Positions 30,647 to 41,310 of a stretch of 64,000 nt of DNA are shown piece by piece; position 1 is the first letter of the stretch, and every line of letters starts with the position of its first letter. The notes under the pieces are model-generated. The model searched no databases and had not been told where the DNA came from. It saw nothing but the letters and a program-made list of their open reading frames with translations. Source of the DNA: an uncultured Gemmatimonadaceae bacterium (GTDB lineage Bacteria > Gemmatimonadota > Gemmatimonadetes > Gemmatimonadales > Gemmatimonadaceae); contig CAVUDW010000003.1 of assembly GCA_963740355.1 (NCBI GenBank), forward strand, positions 1,856,001-1,920,000, read 5' to 3'. The position numbers were made by a program, and so were the translations under genes.

Positions 30647-31857
30647 TTTGCGATGATCGGGCGCAGGCGTGCGCCGTCCGTGATGGTGGACGTTGCCGCC
30701 GGCACGACGCGATCCCCCGCGACGAGGCCGTCGAGCACCTCACACAGTCCATGGCTGCGAAGGCCAAGCGTCACCGCCTGCCGGCGCACACGCCGTCCCG
30801 CAACCTTCAGAACCCATGGTGACGCGGTCTCGATGTCACGCACCGCGTCCGCCGGGACCAGCACCGCGTTCGTGCGCCGCGCGATCTCGATGTCCACCGA
30901 CACCGTCATGTCCTGCTTGAGGTACCTGGGTGGCGCTGGCACGCGCAGCTTCACGGTGACCGCCCCACGCTCTGCATCGACGCCGGGATTGATGTACACC
31001 AGCTCGGCAGGGAACCGCTCCGTCGGGTACGCATCCGCCGACGCCAGCGCCGAAAGGCCAAGCCTGAGCAGCTGCAGGTTCTTCTCGTCGATGTCCACAA
31101 CCAACTGCGTCTCACCGCCGGGGGAGAGCACCATCAGGGCCCGCCCAGGCTGCACGACATCGCCCGGCTCCACGGCGCGGGCGATCAGTGTGCCGGCGCT
31201 TGGTGCCTTGACGGTGGCGTAGCCAAGCTTCGCACGGGCGAGGTCGACACCAGCCTGCGCCTGCTCGAGCGCGGCCGCCGCCGCGACAGCATCACTTCCC
31301 GACGGCCTCGCGCTCGCCGCCTGCTGGCGCGCGCCGCGTAGCTGCGCGGCGGCCACCTGTTCTGCACGGCGTGCGTCTTCGAGCGCCGCCTCTCCGATCG
31401 CACCACCGGCGAGGAGCGCCTGACTGCGGCGCAGCGCATCGCGAGCCGCATCATGGTTGAGCTCTGCCTCGCGCAGCGCCTGCGCTGCCAGCGGCGACTG
31501 GACTTCCTGCAGCTGTCGCAGACGCGCCGAGGCCGCCTGCACGCTGTGCATTGCCTGATCGAGCGCGGCACGCAACTCGGAGGATTCCAGTTCGATCAGC
31601 GTGACGCCGGCGGCGACGTTCTGGCCTTCTTTCACCGGCACGGCGCGCACCGTCCCGGTCACCTGAACGCCCACGTCCACGCGATGTGGCGTCTCGACGC
31701 GACCGCTGGCGACCACCGTCTGCACGAAGTCCTGCCGGACGACGGGCTCGACGCTCACCTGCGGGCCGAGCAGCAGGCGTGGGCCGACGAGCGCGCCGAC
31801 CAAAATCACGACGCCGACGACGATCAGCGCCGTCCGATAGCGAAGAATGGTGCTCAT
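30643..31857 (-). CDS. Efflux periplasmic adaptor (MacA/HlyD family)
   Basis: VASGRV, VPVKEGQNV, alpha-hairpin, VKAPSAG, IDEKNL, DMTVSVDI. Confidence 0.9.
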
Positions 31858-32031
31858 GCCGGCGTCAGCCACACGGTGCTACGGCGCAAGAACGACGTGG
31901 CACTATTTGTGGGTCGAGGGCATGGCGAACTCGGGTGTGTGCAATCAGTTACCTGCGCTGGGGATGCGGCGGCGCCGCTCCGTCCGCTGTGCGCAAGGTC
32001 GGCACAGTACCGTGTCTTTGTTGTCCGGCAT

Positions 32032-32069
32032 TCCACCACAGCGTGTAATCGGTCACGCGCTGTGGTGGA
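32032..32069 (-). terminator. Stem-loop downstream of msrA (possible terminator)
   Basis: TCCACCACAGCGTGT-N8-ACGCGCTGTGGTGGA, 14/15 paired; no strong U-tract. Confidence 0.45.
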
Positions 32070-32090
32070 GCGGAGTGCGTTCAGGAGCAG

Positions 32091-32606
32091 CTACTCGCGC
32101 ATGAAGTGACAGGTGTAGCCGTTCGGATTCTTGCGCAGATAGTCCTGATGGTACGCCTCGGCAGTGTACCACGGCCCGGCCGGCTCGATGCTTGTGGTAA
32201 TCGGACGCTTCCAGCGCCCCGAGGCGTCGACGCGCGCGATCACGCGCTCCGCCGTGGCCTGCTGCTCCGGTGACTGCGGGAAGATGGCGGAACGGTACTG
32301 CGTGCCGACGTCATTGCCTTGGCGGTTCAGCGTCGTGGGGTCATGGAGCTTGAAGAACCACTGCTCCAGCAGCGTCTCGTAGCTGAGCACTGAAGGGTTG
32401 AACGTCACGCGGATGGCCTCGGCGTGGCCCGACTTGCTATCGTGCGTGTCGTGGTAGGTCGGGTTCTCCAGCCAGCCACCGGTGTAGCCGACGTCGGTAT
32501 CAAGCACACCCGGGACGTTCCGCAGGATGTCTTCGACACCCCAGAAGCATCCGCCGGCAAGGACTGCCACCTCCGGCGCCTGGCTCCCCGTCTTCGCATC
32601 GTCCAT
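32091..32606 (-). CDS. msrA: Peptide-methionine (S)-S-oxide reductase
   Basis: AGGCFWG, GYTGG, GHAE, HDPTTLNRQGNDVGTQYRSAIF, AEAYHQDYL. Confidence 0.96.
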   Translation of the reverse strand: MDDAKTGSQAPEVAVLAGGCFWGVEDILRNVPGVLDTDVGYTGGWLENPTYHDTHDSKSGHAEAIRVTFNPSVLSYETLLEQWFFKLHDPTTLNRQGNDVGTQYRSAIFPQSPEQQATAERVIARVDASGRWKRPITTSIEPAGPWYTAEAYHQDYLRKNPNGYTCHFMRE

Positions 32607-32948
32607 CACTGTCACTCCGTCCGTTGGTCCATTGCCAGTGTCGCCATGCCGCCAACCAGTGGTGGATCATGCGACCGTGTGCGCGTCGTCATCAATTAGA
32701 ACACCGCGACCTGATTGCCGGTGCCGTGACGTTGAGAGGCTCAGAGTTCCAGCCCAAGTCATGGCGCCCAACAGATACCGGACTTTCAGACGTCGATGCC
32801 CACCACGAGCTTCCCACTCGAGCGGATCGAAACGATTCACGGGCATCGAGCGAAGCGTCCGGGGTGATCGTCACGTCATGACTCGCGTGCAATCAAGAAT
32901 GAGCGGTGAGCTCGTGCGCGCGTGTGGGTGCCACGGTCAACATCACCG

Positions 32949-33386
32949 TCACGCCAGCCAGCCTCGGCGCGCGGCCATCTCTGCCAGCAGTACCAGCAGT
33001 GCGGCACCGACTAGCACCGTCACACCGAGCGGTAGCGAGCCGCCAGTGCCGACGCCGAGCACCCAGCCCCAGTCGATGACGACCGCAACAGCCGAGAGCC
33101 AGAGCAGCCCACGTGACCAGCGGCGCAGCAGGGCGAGGCCGACGGATCCGACAACTCCGGTGATGCATGAAACGCCGTAGGCGACGAATACGAACATGGG
33201 CATCGCTGCGACGCCGGGTGACACCGCGCCAGGTCCGAACACGCCCGCATCCGCCAGGAATGTTCCGAGACCGATCAGGTTCCACAGCACGGCAACGGCG
33301 CCGACAATCCTGATCCAACGGGGGGCGGGCGCTGCACTGGCCGACGCAGCGGCGCCGGCGACGTCATGAATTGGGGACTGCGGCAT
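32949..33386 (-). CDS. Hypothetical membrane protein (4 TM)
   Basis: PRW...VAVLWNLIG, several hydrophobic helices, ends ARRGWLA. Confidence 0.7.
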   Translation of the reverse strand: MPQSPIHDVAGAAASASAAPAPRWIRIVGAVAVLWNLIGLGTFLADAGVFGPGAVSPGVAAMPMFVFVAYGVSCITGVVGSVGLALLRRWSRGLLWLSAVAVVIDWGWVLGVGTGGSLPLGVTVLVGAALLVLLAEMAARRGWLA

Positions 33387-33586
33387 CGGATCACCTTCCG
33401 CGTGGAGTGCGATGGTGCGCCACTCTGCGGCGTCAAGAACGCCGGCCTGGCGCAGTCCCGCATGGTTGTCGGGCCCATGGTGAAGCTACGACCAACATAT
33501 TGCGCGTGCGCACCACCCGTCATCGTTGTGACGGCCGACGTTGGCTCCGCCCGCGCCCCTGCGCAACACACGCGACGCGAGCTGCC

Positions 33587-34732
33587 TTACGGAAGCACCT
33601 GAAACACCGCTCGTTCCGTCGTCAGCGGCAGCACTTCCTTCACCAGTGTAACGAGGAAGCGACCCGACTCCTCGAACATCGGATAGTGCGCACTCCGCTC
33701 GAAGGTGATGAAGCGCTTGTGCGGTGACCTGATCGTCTCGAAGTACTGTCGGGCCGACTCGTAGGGCGTGTGCAGGTCGTAGCGACCCTGCAGGATGATG
33801 ATGGGCACCTTGAACTCCCGCCCGATATCGCTCAGGTCGAGCGACGCGGTCTTCGCGGCGAGCTGCTCCCCACCCCAGCGGACGCCGCGCATGAACGCCT
33901 CCACCTCAGGGGCAGTGTATTCCGGCGCCCAGTCGGGCAGCGCGAACCAGAGCTTGAAATCGGGACGCCCATACCAGCCGCCGTTGTACACGCGTGCAGC
34001 ACGGCGCACGGCGATGATGTTCTGCAGCGGCGTGGGCGACCCGACGCTCGGGTACGGCGCCAGCGCCCGCAACTCCTTCAGAGTGGAGTCATCCCCTCGC
34101 TGTTGCGCGATCTCCATCACCCGGCGGTACACGACGGTCTCGATGTCACCGGCCGCGACCTGCCCCACACCAACATAGGCCGACACCCATTCCGGACGAC
34201 GCTTGATCAGCCGCATGCCGATCTCGCTGCCGAACGAGAATCCCATCACGACGATCTTGTCACGGCCGAACTGACGACGCAGCTGCGCCACCACCGCCTC
34301 GGCATCGGTCACCATCCGCTCGACCGACATCGTCGGCGCGAGTGCCGCGGTATCGGCGTCGACGTGGTTCTTGCCGACGCCGCGCTGCTCCCACTGGACG
34401 ACGGTGAAGTAGTCCTCCCATGGCCCCTGATAGGCCCAGGCTGAGCCCATCATGGCGGCCCCGGGGCCGCCATGGATGAAGAGCAGGATCGGATTGTTGC
34501 GATTGAGTCCCCGAATCGAGATCCACTGGTTGCTGCCGTCGATGGACAGACGCTGCAGCGTGTCGATCCCTTCCGGCGTGCTGATTTTCCGCAGGTCGCG
34601 GATCCTCGCGACAATCGAATCGCGATACGGCACCGGCGGCGGAAAGAGCGACTGGGCGGCCGCCGGGCGGACGCTCGAAAAGACGAGCAGGAAAGCCACG
34701 GCCGCGGAGCGGGCGAACGATGGAAGGCGCAT
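33587..34732 (-). CDS. Secreted alpha/beta hydrolase (proline iminopeptidase-like)
   Basis: LLFIHGGPG, WEQRGVGK, GFSFGS, QGRYD, FERSAHYPMFEE. Confidence 0.88.
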   Translation of the reverse strand: MRLPSFARSAAVAFLLVFSSVRPAAAQSLFPPPVPYRDSIVARIRDLRKISTPEGIDTLQRLSIDGSNQWISIRGLNRNNPILLFIHGGPGAAMMGSAWAYQGPWEDYFTVVQWEQRGVGKNHVDADTAALAPTMSVERMVTDAEAVVAQLRRQFGRDKIVVMGFSFGSEIGMRLIKRRPEWVSAYVGVGQVAAGDIETVVYRRVMEIAQQRGDDSTLKELRALAPYPSVGSPTPLQNIIAVRRAARVYNGGWYGRPDFKLWFALPDWAPEYTAPEVEAFMRGVRWGGEQLAAKTASLDLSDIGREFKVPIIILQGRYDLHTPYESARQYFETIRSPHKRFITFERSAHYPMFEESGRFLVTLVKEVLPLTTERAVFQVLP

Positions 34733-34785
34733 ATTGAAAGCATGCTGCCCGCGCCTGACGTAAGCCACCCCCGGATCGGCTGCGG

Positions 34786-36375
34786 ATGCTGAGACTTCGG
34801 TCATTCCTCAGCATCGCCGTCTGCCTGACCGTGTCCTGCGAGCGAGCGACCGCGCAGGCGTCGCCCGACCTGATCCTGCGTGGAGGGACCATCGTCGACG
34901 GGACTGGCGCACCTGGTCGCCACGCAGATGTCGCCATTCGCGGTGGTGTGATCGTCGCCGTTGGGCGAAATCTGCGCCGTGCTGCCAACACGCGGATCAT
35001 CGATGTCACCGGTCTGGTTGTGGCCCCGGGATTCATCGATCCTCACGCGCATATCAGCACCATCGCTCAGCAGCCGGATGCGGAGAATTTCCTGCGGCAG
35101 GGAATCACCACGATCTTCAACAGCTTGCACAGTCTCGACCAACCGTACCCGCTCGGTGCGTTCCTCGACACGCTGCACGTTGCCCCGAACACGCTTTGGA
35201 CGGCCGGTCACACCTGGCTGCGAAATCGCGTGATGGGACATGACAATCGGGCGCCGACCGCAGTGGAGTTGGACAGCATGTCCGCCCTCGTTTCGCGCGC
35301 GATGGACGACGGAGCGTTTGGACTCGGCACGGGTCTCGAATACATCCCCGCGGTGTATGCAAAGCGCGCTGAGGTGGTTGCGCTGGCACGGGCCGCGAAG
35401 CGTCCTGGGTCGCTGTACGTCACGCACCTGCGGGACGAAGGGGCTACGCTCGAGCTGGCGGTGGCGGAGGCGATCGACATCGGGCGAAGCACAGCACAGC
35501 CGGTGCACATCAGTCACGTCAAGAGCACTGGCGTGGGCAACTGGGGCAAGAGCACCAGAATCCTCCACACCATCGACTCGGTGAATTCGAGCGGGCAGCG
35601 TGTGTCGTTCGATGTCTACCCGTACGCAGCGTATAGCACCTACTCCGATGTCCTGTTTCCCGGCTGGGTTCTGGCGGATGGCCAGGATTCGGTGCGTGCG
35701 CGACTCACATCACCAGAAACGGTACAGCGCGTACATGCGGAGATGCGTCCGATCTTTACCGCGCAGACCAGCGGCACCGCCAAGGGGATTCTGTTCCGTA
35801 CGATTCCCTCTGCCCCGGAGTTCACCGGGCGGACACTTGCCGACTTTCTCGCCGCACGCGGGGTCGCTGAGTCACTGGACGCAATCATCGACGCCGTGAT
35901 CGCCTTGCAACGGGATGGCGGCTTCACGGCAATGTTCGAGGCCATGAGCGAGCGAGACATCGAGGCGTTCCTGCGTCACCCCGCGTCCATGGTGTCATCT
36001 GACGGCGATCTGGTCACCCCCGGCAAGGGATTTCCGCATCCGCGCAGCTACGGCGCCTTCCCGCGCATGCTCTCGCAGTATGTGAGTGAACGCGGCGTCC
36101 TGTCATTCGAATCAGCTGTTGCGAAGATGACGGGCGTGCCCGCGCGTACGCTCGGCCTTCGCGATCGCGGGCTGCTGCGCGTCGGCATGGTGGCGGACAT
36201 CGTCGTCTTCGATCGCGCGCGGTTTCGCGACAGGGCCACGTTCACCGATCCGCATCACTACGCGGAGGGCGTCGTGGATCTGTTCATCAACGGCCAGGCA
36301 GTGATACTCGATGGCGTGATGACCGGTGCCCGGCCTGGGCGCGCGCTGCGACGGCCGGGATGGCGCCGACGCTGA
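34786..36375 (+). CDS. N-acyl-D-amino-acid deacylase family amidohydrolase
   Basis: VVAPGFIDPHAH, GLEYIP, YVTHLRDE, HISHVK, DVYPY, SDG, PHPRSYGAFPR, ADIVVFD. Confidence 0.9.
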   Translation: MLRLRSFLSIAVCLTVSCERATAQASPDLILRGGTIVDGTGAPGRHADVAIRGGVIVAVGRNLRRAANTRIIDVTGLVVAPGFIDPHAHISTIAQQPDAENFLRQGITTIFNSLHSLDQPYPLGAFLDTLHVAPNTLWTAGHTWLRNRVMGHDNRAPTAVELDSMSALVSRAMDDGAFGLGTGLEYIPAVYAKRAEVVALARAAKRPGSLYVTHLRDEGATLELAVAEAIDIGRSTAQPVHISHVKSTGVGNWGKSTRILHTIDSVNSSGQRVSFDVYPYAAYSTYSDVLFPGWVLADGQDSVRARLTSPETVQRVHAEMRPIFTAQTSGTAKGILFRTIPSAPEFTGRTLADFLAARGVAESLDAIIDAVIALQRDGGFTAMFEAMSERDIEAFLRHPASMVSSDGDLVTPGKGFPHPRSYGAFPRMLSQYVSERGVLSFESAVAKMTGVPARTLGLRDRGLLRVGMVADIVVFDRARFRDRATFTDPHHYAEGVVDLFINGQAVILDGVMTGARPGRALRRPGWRRR

Positions 36376-36393
36376 ACGGGACGTGCGAAATCC

Positions 36394-39300
36394 TCACGGC
36401 TGCTCAGCAGAAATGCGGAGTGCCGTGAGTTTCCCTTGCGGACCCAGCGACACCACAACGCGGAATCGCTCCGGACCAAACCACGCGAAGTACTGGCGTT
36501 CCACATCGTCACCCACCTCGCGGCGCGCCAGTAGTTCGAGACGCGTCGGTGCACCCTTGCCCCGCAGCGTCGCCGTGAGCGCAGCGCGCATTCGCGGGAA
36601 CACGGTCTGACGCACCACTTCGAAATCATCCAGTGACAGCGAGCCGCTGGCCACACGCGTCAGTACGGCCTGCACCGTCGCGGTGGCTTGCGGATCCCGA
36701 TCGGGAATCGCCGTCACTGGCGCCGGCGATGCGGTCAGCGTCGAGTCCACCAGCGCGGCGACCTGCATGGCCAGCGCCGCCGGCGCCATCACGCGCGCAT
36801 TGGAGAGCACCATCACGGCGAGATCTTCATCCGGGAAGCGCGTGTACTGCGACACGAATCCCTGCCATGTGCCGCCATGCTCCTGCACCGGATGCCCACC
36901 GGCCTCGCCAAGGAACCAGCCGAAACCGTATGGATAGGTGCGTCCGCTGTTCAGCCGCGTCGCGGAGAGCATCAACGCCCAACTCTCTGGACGGAGCACC
37001 TTCCGTTCGCGCACCACGTCGTTCCACGCGATCAAGTCGCGCAGCGACAACAGCATGGAGCCGTCTGCCGTGGTGTTGAGGCGTGGCGCGACCCACGCCG
37101 CGTGCTCCCAGCCTGCTGAATTGGTGAGATAGCCGTGCGCGCGGTGCGGCACGACAGCGGACTCGGTGATCACCCGTATCGTCGGCATTCCAGCCGGCGT
37201 GAAGATCCGCTCCCGGAGGAATTCGTCATACGGACGCCCCGTGACCCGCGTCATGATGATGCCGAGGAGCACGTACCCGGTGTTGGAGTAGTTCCATCGC
37301 GCGCCCGCCGAGAACTCCAGCGGCAACGCAGAGGCCATCGCGATCAACTCGGCGTCGCTGTAGTCCTTGCGATAGTCGAAGCTGTCGCTGGTGTAGTCGG
37401 GAACGCCGCCGAGGTGCCCGAGGAGATGGCGAATTGTGATCGGTTGCCACGTGGCGGGGACTTCGGGGAGGTAGTGGCGCACGGAGCTGTCGAGCGCCAT
37501 GCGGCCGTCCTCCACCAGCGCGAGGATTCCAGCCGCAGTGAACTGCTTGCCGAGTGATCCTGACTGGAACATCGTCTCATCGGTGACCGGCGTCCGGTTC
37601 TCCAGTTCCGCCACACCGAAGCCGCGCGAGAGACTCACCTCGCCGCGGCGGATCACCGCGATCGCCAGCCCGGGAATGCGGGCCGCTTCCATGGTGCGGC
37701 GAACCAGCGTGTCGATGGCAGCGGTCGTCGGCATTGCGTCGCGTCGAAGTGACCAGGGCAGCGTGAGCGGCGCCGGGTTTGGCCAGATCCGGTCCAGCGT
37801 GCCGCCGCGATACAGTGCCCCACCCTTCATCACGCTGTTGATCGATCGCGCATTGCGGATGTTCTGCAGCGGGTCGGCATCGAGAACCACGAGATCGGCG
37901 ACCTTCCCGGCCTCGATCGATCCCAGATCAGTATCCAGGCCGAGCGCGCGCGCGCCTTCGATCGTGGCCACGCGCAGTACCTCGTCAGGGCGCATCCCGC
38001 CGTCCGCGAGCAGCCCCATCTCCCAGTGATTGGAGAGCCCCTGCACCTCGCCGTGCCCACCCAGCCCGATGTGTCCACCGGCACGCAGCACATCAACCGC
38101 GCCAGCCGCGGCCGCGCGATCATTGAAATCCTGAGGCGGGAACCAGAGCACGCGGGACGACGACTTCTGAAACAGCGCACCATCTGGGAACCAGCGATTG
38201 ATACGGGCGTCTTCGTGCGGCCGCTCCTCGGCCAGCAGGCGGTAGATCGGCAGCGCACCACCGAACGCCACGATGAGCGTGGGTGTGTTGGTGATGCCGG
38301 TGCGCGCCATCAACTGCACCACGTCGTCGTGAATGGGCGACTCGGGGATGGCGTGCTCCAGACCACTGAAGCCGTCGAGGATGTGTGTGATGTCTTCCTT
38401 GCCGTCCGCCCCGCCCTCGGTCGTCGGCATGAGACCGAGTTCGCGCGCGGCCTCGACGAGCCACTGCCGCTGTTGACGCGAGCCCGTCAGGTACGACTTG
38501 AGGTAGGCGGTCCCGTATTCGTCGCGGTATCGGCGGAGCTCGCGACGGGCGTCGTCCAGCGACTGGAAGTTCGTTGCGGCGAAGATGCCCGGACCGGTGG
38601 ATAGCACCCGCGGGCTCGGTACGCCGTCCACTTCCACGAGATTGGCGAGATCGAAGATGTCCGGCGTGACCTGCGGGTCGCGGATGGTGGTGATGCCAAA
38701 GGCGAGGTTGGCGAAGCCATTGGTGGACTCGGGCTGCAGGAGCGTTCCCGCCGATCCCCAATGCGCATGCAGGTCGATGAACCCTGGGACAATGAACTTC
38801 CCGGTCAGGTCGATCACCCGCGCGCCGTCGGGAGTGGGGACATTCCCGCGCGCACCAACGCCGACGATTCGGCCATCGGTGACCGTCACGTCGGCGTCCC
38901 GAAGCACCTCTGCGCCGCGCATGGTGATCACCGTCGCACCGCGGAGCACGACCGTGCCGGTGACTGTGGCACGCGGCAGCGACACTTCAAAGGATCGTGG
39001 CGCAGATGCTGTCGCTGGCGGAGTGACTGGTGGCACGGCAGCGGACGCCGCAGCAGCTCCAGCCGGCCGCGGCGCTGGCCCGACTACGCGGATCACGCCA
39101 CCGGCGGCGGCGACTTCCACTCGTTGTGCATTGGGCGGCAGTTCACCCGGCGGCACCGTCAGGGTGGAACGGAGCGGTGCGGTGTTCGCGATGATCGCGC
39201 GGCCGTCCTCGCTCCATGTGGGGTCAGCCCACCAGGCAGGCGCCGTGGTAAGGCGTACTGGTGACGCACTTCGGTCGGAGCGCGCTTTCCAGAGGGCACC

Positions 39301-40551
39301 GCCGGTCTCGTCCCACGTCACGAATGCCACCCATCGCCCGTCGGGCGACCACGCGGGCATGAACTCCCGGGCCCGGGGTGTGTCGGTGAGACGTCGTGGT
39401 GTACCGGTGGCGTCGGCCACCCACACGCGGCCCAGTGCGGAGAACGCCACGCGTCCATCGCGGGCGGTCGTCTGCTGCTGCACCCGTCGCGTGCGCACAG
39501 CGCCAGTGGCGAGCCGCTGCGGGAAGCGAAGGGTGGGCGTCACATCCAGCGCCACATCGGCGCTGAACGGTATGACGGTATCGGACCCGTCGTGCACACC
39601 GAGTCTGTGGATCTTGCCACCGAACGCCGCGAAGACGAAACGCCCATCAGGCGAAAACGCGGCGTTGGGCAACACATCTCGCGACGCGCGCGCTTCGAGC
39701 TGCTGACGGTCCACAGGGTACGCCAGCCATCGCTCGGCGCCGGTAGCAAGCGTTCGTGCGCGCAGCCCCGTCTGTCCTTCGCGCACGGTGCCGTACACCA
39801 GGGTGCCGCCGTCGGGCGAGAGCATCGGCTTCATGGCCGGTGTGCCTTCGACCGGCACGGGCGTCGCGGTACCGCCGCCAACCGGGATTCGCATCAGCAT
39901 GCTCGTCGCACCATTGCGGCTGCCGTACGGGCGCGGCGTGACGGATGTGAACCAGACAGTCGAACCATCGGGCGTTGGCCATGCGCCGTACGGGCCTGGA
40001 GGCGGAGAGGAGACCAGTGGTTGCGCCGGTCCGTTGCCATTGGCGACAAGCCGAACGCCCTCACCGGTTGCGACATCGAAGCGCCACAACTCAGCCGTGC
40101 GTGTCACATGCGGATCGGTGACCGTCACGAGGATGGCGCGACCGTCGGACGACCAGGCCGGCGACAGCATTCCTGATCGCGGAAGTCGCGTGACCGGTCG
40201 TGCGTCGCGCCCGTCCGCTGCGGCGATCCAGATGTTGTCGGACCCGCTCGCGTCGCTGATGAAGGCCAGCTGAGTTCCATCTGGGGAGAACCGGGGCTGC
40301 GACTGAAAGGCACGGCCGGACAGTATTGGCCGCGCCTGGCCGCCTTCGACCGGCACGCGATAGATGTCCCCCAGCAACTCGAAGACAAGCGCGCGCCCGT
40401 CACGGGTGACGTCGAGCGACACCCATGTTCCCTCAGTGGTGGTGAACGCCACGCGGCGCAGCGGCTGCGTGTCCTGCGCACGGACGCCAAGCGGCAGGAC
40501 ACCGACCAGCAGGACAAGGGTCACTGCGGTTGAGCGGCTACGGTGCAGCAT
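36394..40551 (-). CDS. Fusion protein: PD40/TolB-like propeller + amidohydrolase + beta-lactamase-family serine hydrolase
   Basis: TEGTWVSLDV, PRFSPDG and PAWSPDG repeats; PGFIDLHAH, LEH, GSIEAGKVADLVVL; then SGSLGK (SxxK), YSNTGY, HGG. Confidence 0.88.
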   Translation of the reverse strand: MLHRSRSTAVTLVLLVGVLPLGVRAQDTQPLRRVAFTTTEGTWVSLDVTRDGRALVFELLGDIYRVPVEGGQARPILSGRAFQSQPRFSPDGTQLAFISDASGSDNIWIAAADGRDARPVTRLPRSGMLSPAWSSDGRAILVTVTDPHVTRTAELWRFDVATGEGVRLVANGNGPAQPLVSSPPPGPYGAWPTPDGSTVWFTSVTPRPYGSRNGATSMLMRIPVGGGTATPVPVEGTPAMKPMLSPDGGTLVYGTVREGQTGLRARTLATGAERWLAYPVDRQQLEARASRDVLPNAAFSPDGRFVFAAFGGKIHRLGVHDGSDTVIPFSADVALDVTPTLRFPQRLATGAVRTRRVQQQTTARDGRVAFSALGRVWVADATGTPRRLTDTPRAREFMPAWSPDGRWVAFVTWDETGGALWKARSDRSASPVRLTTAPAWWADPTWSEDGRAIIANTAPLRSTLTVPPGELPPNAQRVEVAAAGGVIRVVGPAPRPAGAAAASAAVPPVTPPATASAPRSFEVSLPRATVTGTVVLRGATVITMRGAEVLRDADVTVTDGRIVGVGARGNVPTPDGARVIDLTGKFIVPGFIDLHAHWGSAGTLLQPESTNGFANLAFGITTIRDPQVTPDIFDLANLVEVDGVPSPRVLSTGPGIFAATNFQSLDDARRELRRYRDEYGTAYLKSYLTGSRQQRQWLVEAARELGLMPTTEGGADGKEDITHILDGFSGLEHAIPESPIHDDVVQLMARTGITNTPTLIVAFGGALPIYRLLAEERPHEDARINRWFPDGALFQKSSSRVLWFPPQDFNDRAAAAGAVDVLRAGGHIGLGGHGEVQGLSNHWEMGLLADGGMRPDEVLRVATIEGARALGLDTDLGSIEAGKVADLVVLDADPLQNIRNARSINSVMKGGALYRGGTLDRIWPNPAPLTLPWSLRRDAMPTTAAIDTLVRRTMEAARIPGLAIAVIRRGEVSLSRGFGVAELENRTPVTDETMFQSGSLGKQFTAAGILALVEDGRMALDSSVRHYLPEVPATWQPITIRHLLGHLGGVPDYTSDSFDYRKDYSDAELIAMASALPLEFSAGARWNYSNTGYVLLGIIMTRVTGRPYDEFLRERIFTPAGMPTIRVITESAVVPHRAHGYLTNSAGWEHAAWVAPRLNTTADGSMLLSLRDLIAWNDVVRERKVLRPESWALMLSATRLNSGRTYPYGFGWFLGEAGGHPVQEHGGTWQGFVSQYTRFPDEDLAVMVLSNARVMAPAALAMQVAALVDSTLTASPAPVTAIPDRDPQATATVQAVLTRVASGSLSLDDFEVVRQTVFPRMRAALTATLRGKGAPTRLELLARREVGDDVERQYFAWFGPERFRVVVSLGPQGKLTALRISAEQP

Positions 40552-41167
40552 GGCACGGAACTCCGGCGGCAGGTGCGTGGGGATCCGACGTGGTGGGGCG
40601 AACCAGGCGCTCCACCTGCTCTCGTGCAAAGGCCGCCTGCCAACCGGCGGAGCGTGCGGGCTGCATCATGGCCAGATGAATCGCCATCCCCTCGACGAAG
40701 AGTGCGACCGCCATCCCGGTGGATTCAGCGTCGACGACGCCGAGCGGAGTCACCAGTTCAGTGAAGAATGCGAACCAGCTGCGCATGCGGCGATCGTGCG
40801 CGCGTCGCATCGCGGTCGAACCGACGGCGCTGCCATGAAAGGCCATGAGGAGCCGCCAGCTCGTTCGGCGTTCGGCATCGGTAGGGAGCAATTCCCGGAC
40901 GACGGCATGGAGGCGCTCGATACCGGTGTTGCTCGACGCGACCTGGCGCGCCCGGGCCATGTGTCGATCAAAGGCTTTCGCCTTCGTGTACGTCACCAAC
41001 GCGTCCTTCGACGCGAAGTAGTGCGTGATCACGCCGACGGTCACTCCGAGCGTGTCGGCGATATCGCGCAAGGTGACGCGCTCGAGGCCGCGCGAGGCGA
41101 TGGTGCCGGCGGCGCCCTGCGCGATGGCGTCGCGCCGAGCGACGTGATCGCCGACTGGGCGGCTCAC
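40538..41167 (-). CDS. TetR family regulator (BetI-like C-terminus)
   Basis: RRDAIA...GLERVTLRDIADTLGVTVGVITHYFASKDAL. Overlaps the start of the downstream fusion gene. Confidence 0.9.
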   Translation of the reverse strand: MSRPVGDHVARRDAIAQGAAGTIASRGLERVTLRDIADTLGVTVGVITHYFASKDALVTYTKAKAFDRHMARARQVASSNTGIERLHAVVRELLPTDAERRTSWRLLMAFHGSAVGSTAMRRAHDRRMRSWFAFFTELVTPLGVVDAESTGMAVALFVEGMAIHLAMMQPARSAGWQAAFAREQVERLVRPTTSDPHAPAAGVPCHAAP

Positions 41168-41208
41168 GTGGTGGTGCTGCTGGCGGTCACGCGGCGTCGG
41201 GCGCAGGC

Positions 41209-41236
41209 GATTCCCATAATCGTTGTTATGGTAACG
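41209..41236. promoter_or_regulatory. Palindrome CCATAA-N6-TTATGG: probable TetR operator (also dif-like)
   Basis: GATTCCCATAA TCGTTG TTATGGTAACG, 42-69 bp upstream of the tetR start. Confidence 0.6.
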
Positions 41237-41310
41237 CGGGATGTCGGAGCCGCAACCTTGGTCGGCGCGCGCCATCGTAGCATGGCCGCGCGGCCGCTTC
41301 GCTCACTCAC

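Noticed and set aside
36394..37720. Beta-lactam resistance gene
   Set aside because: The SxxK fold is shared by many peptidases and esterases; resistance cannot be inferred from motifs alone.
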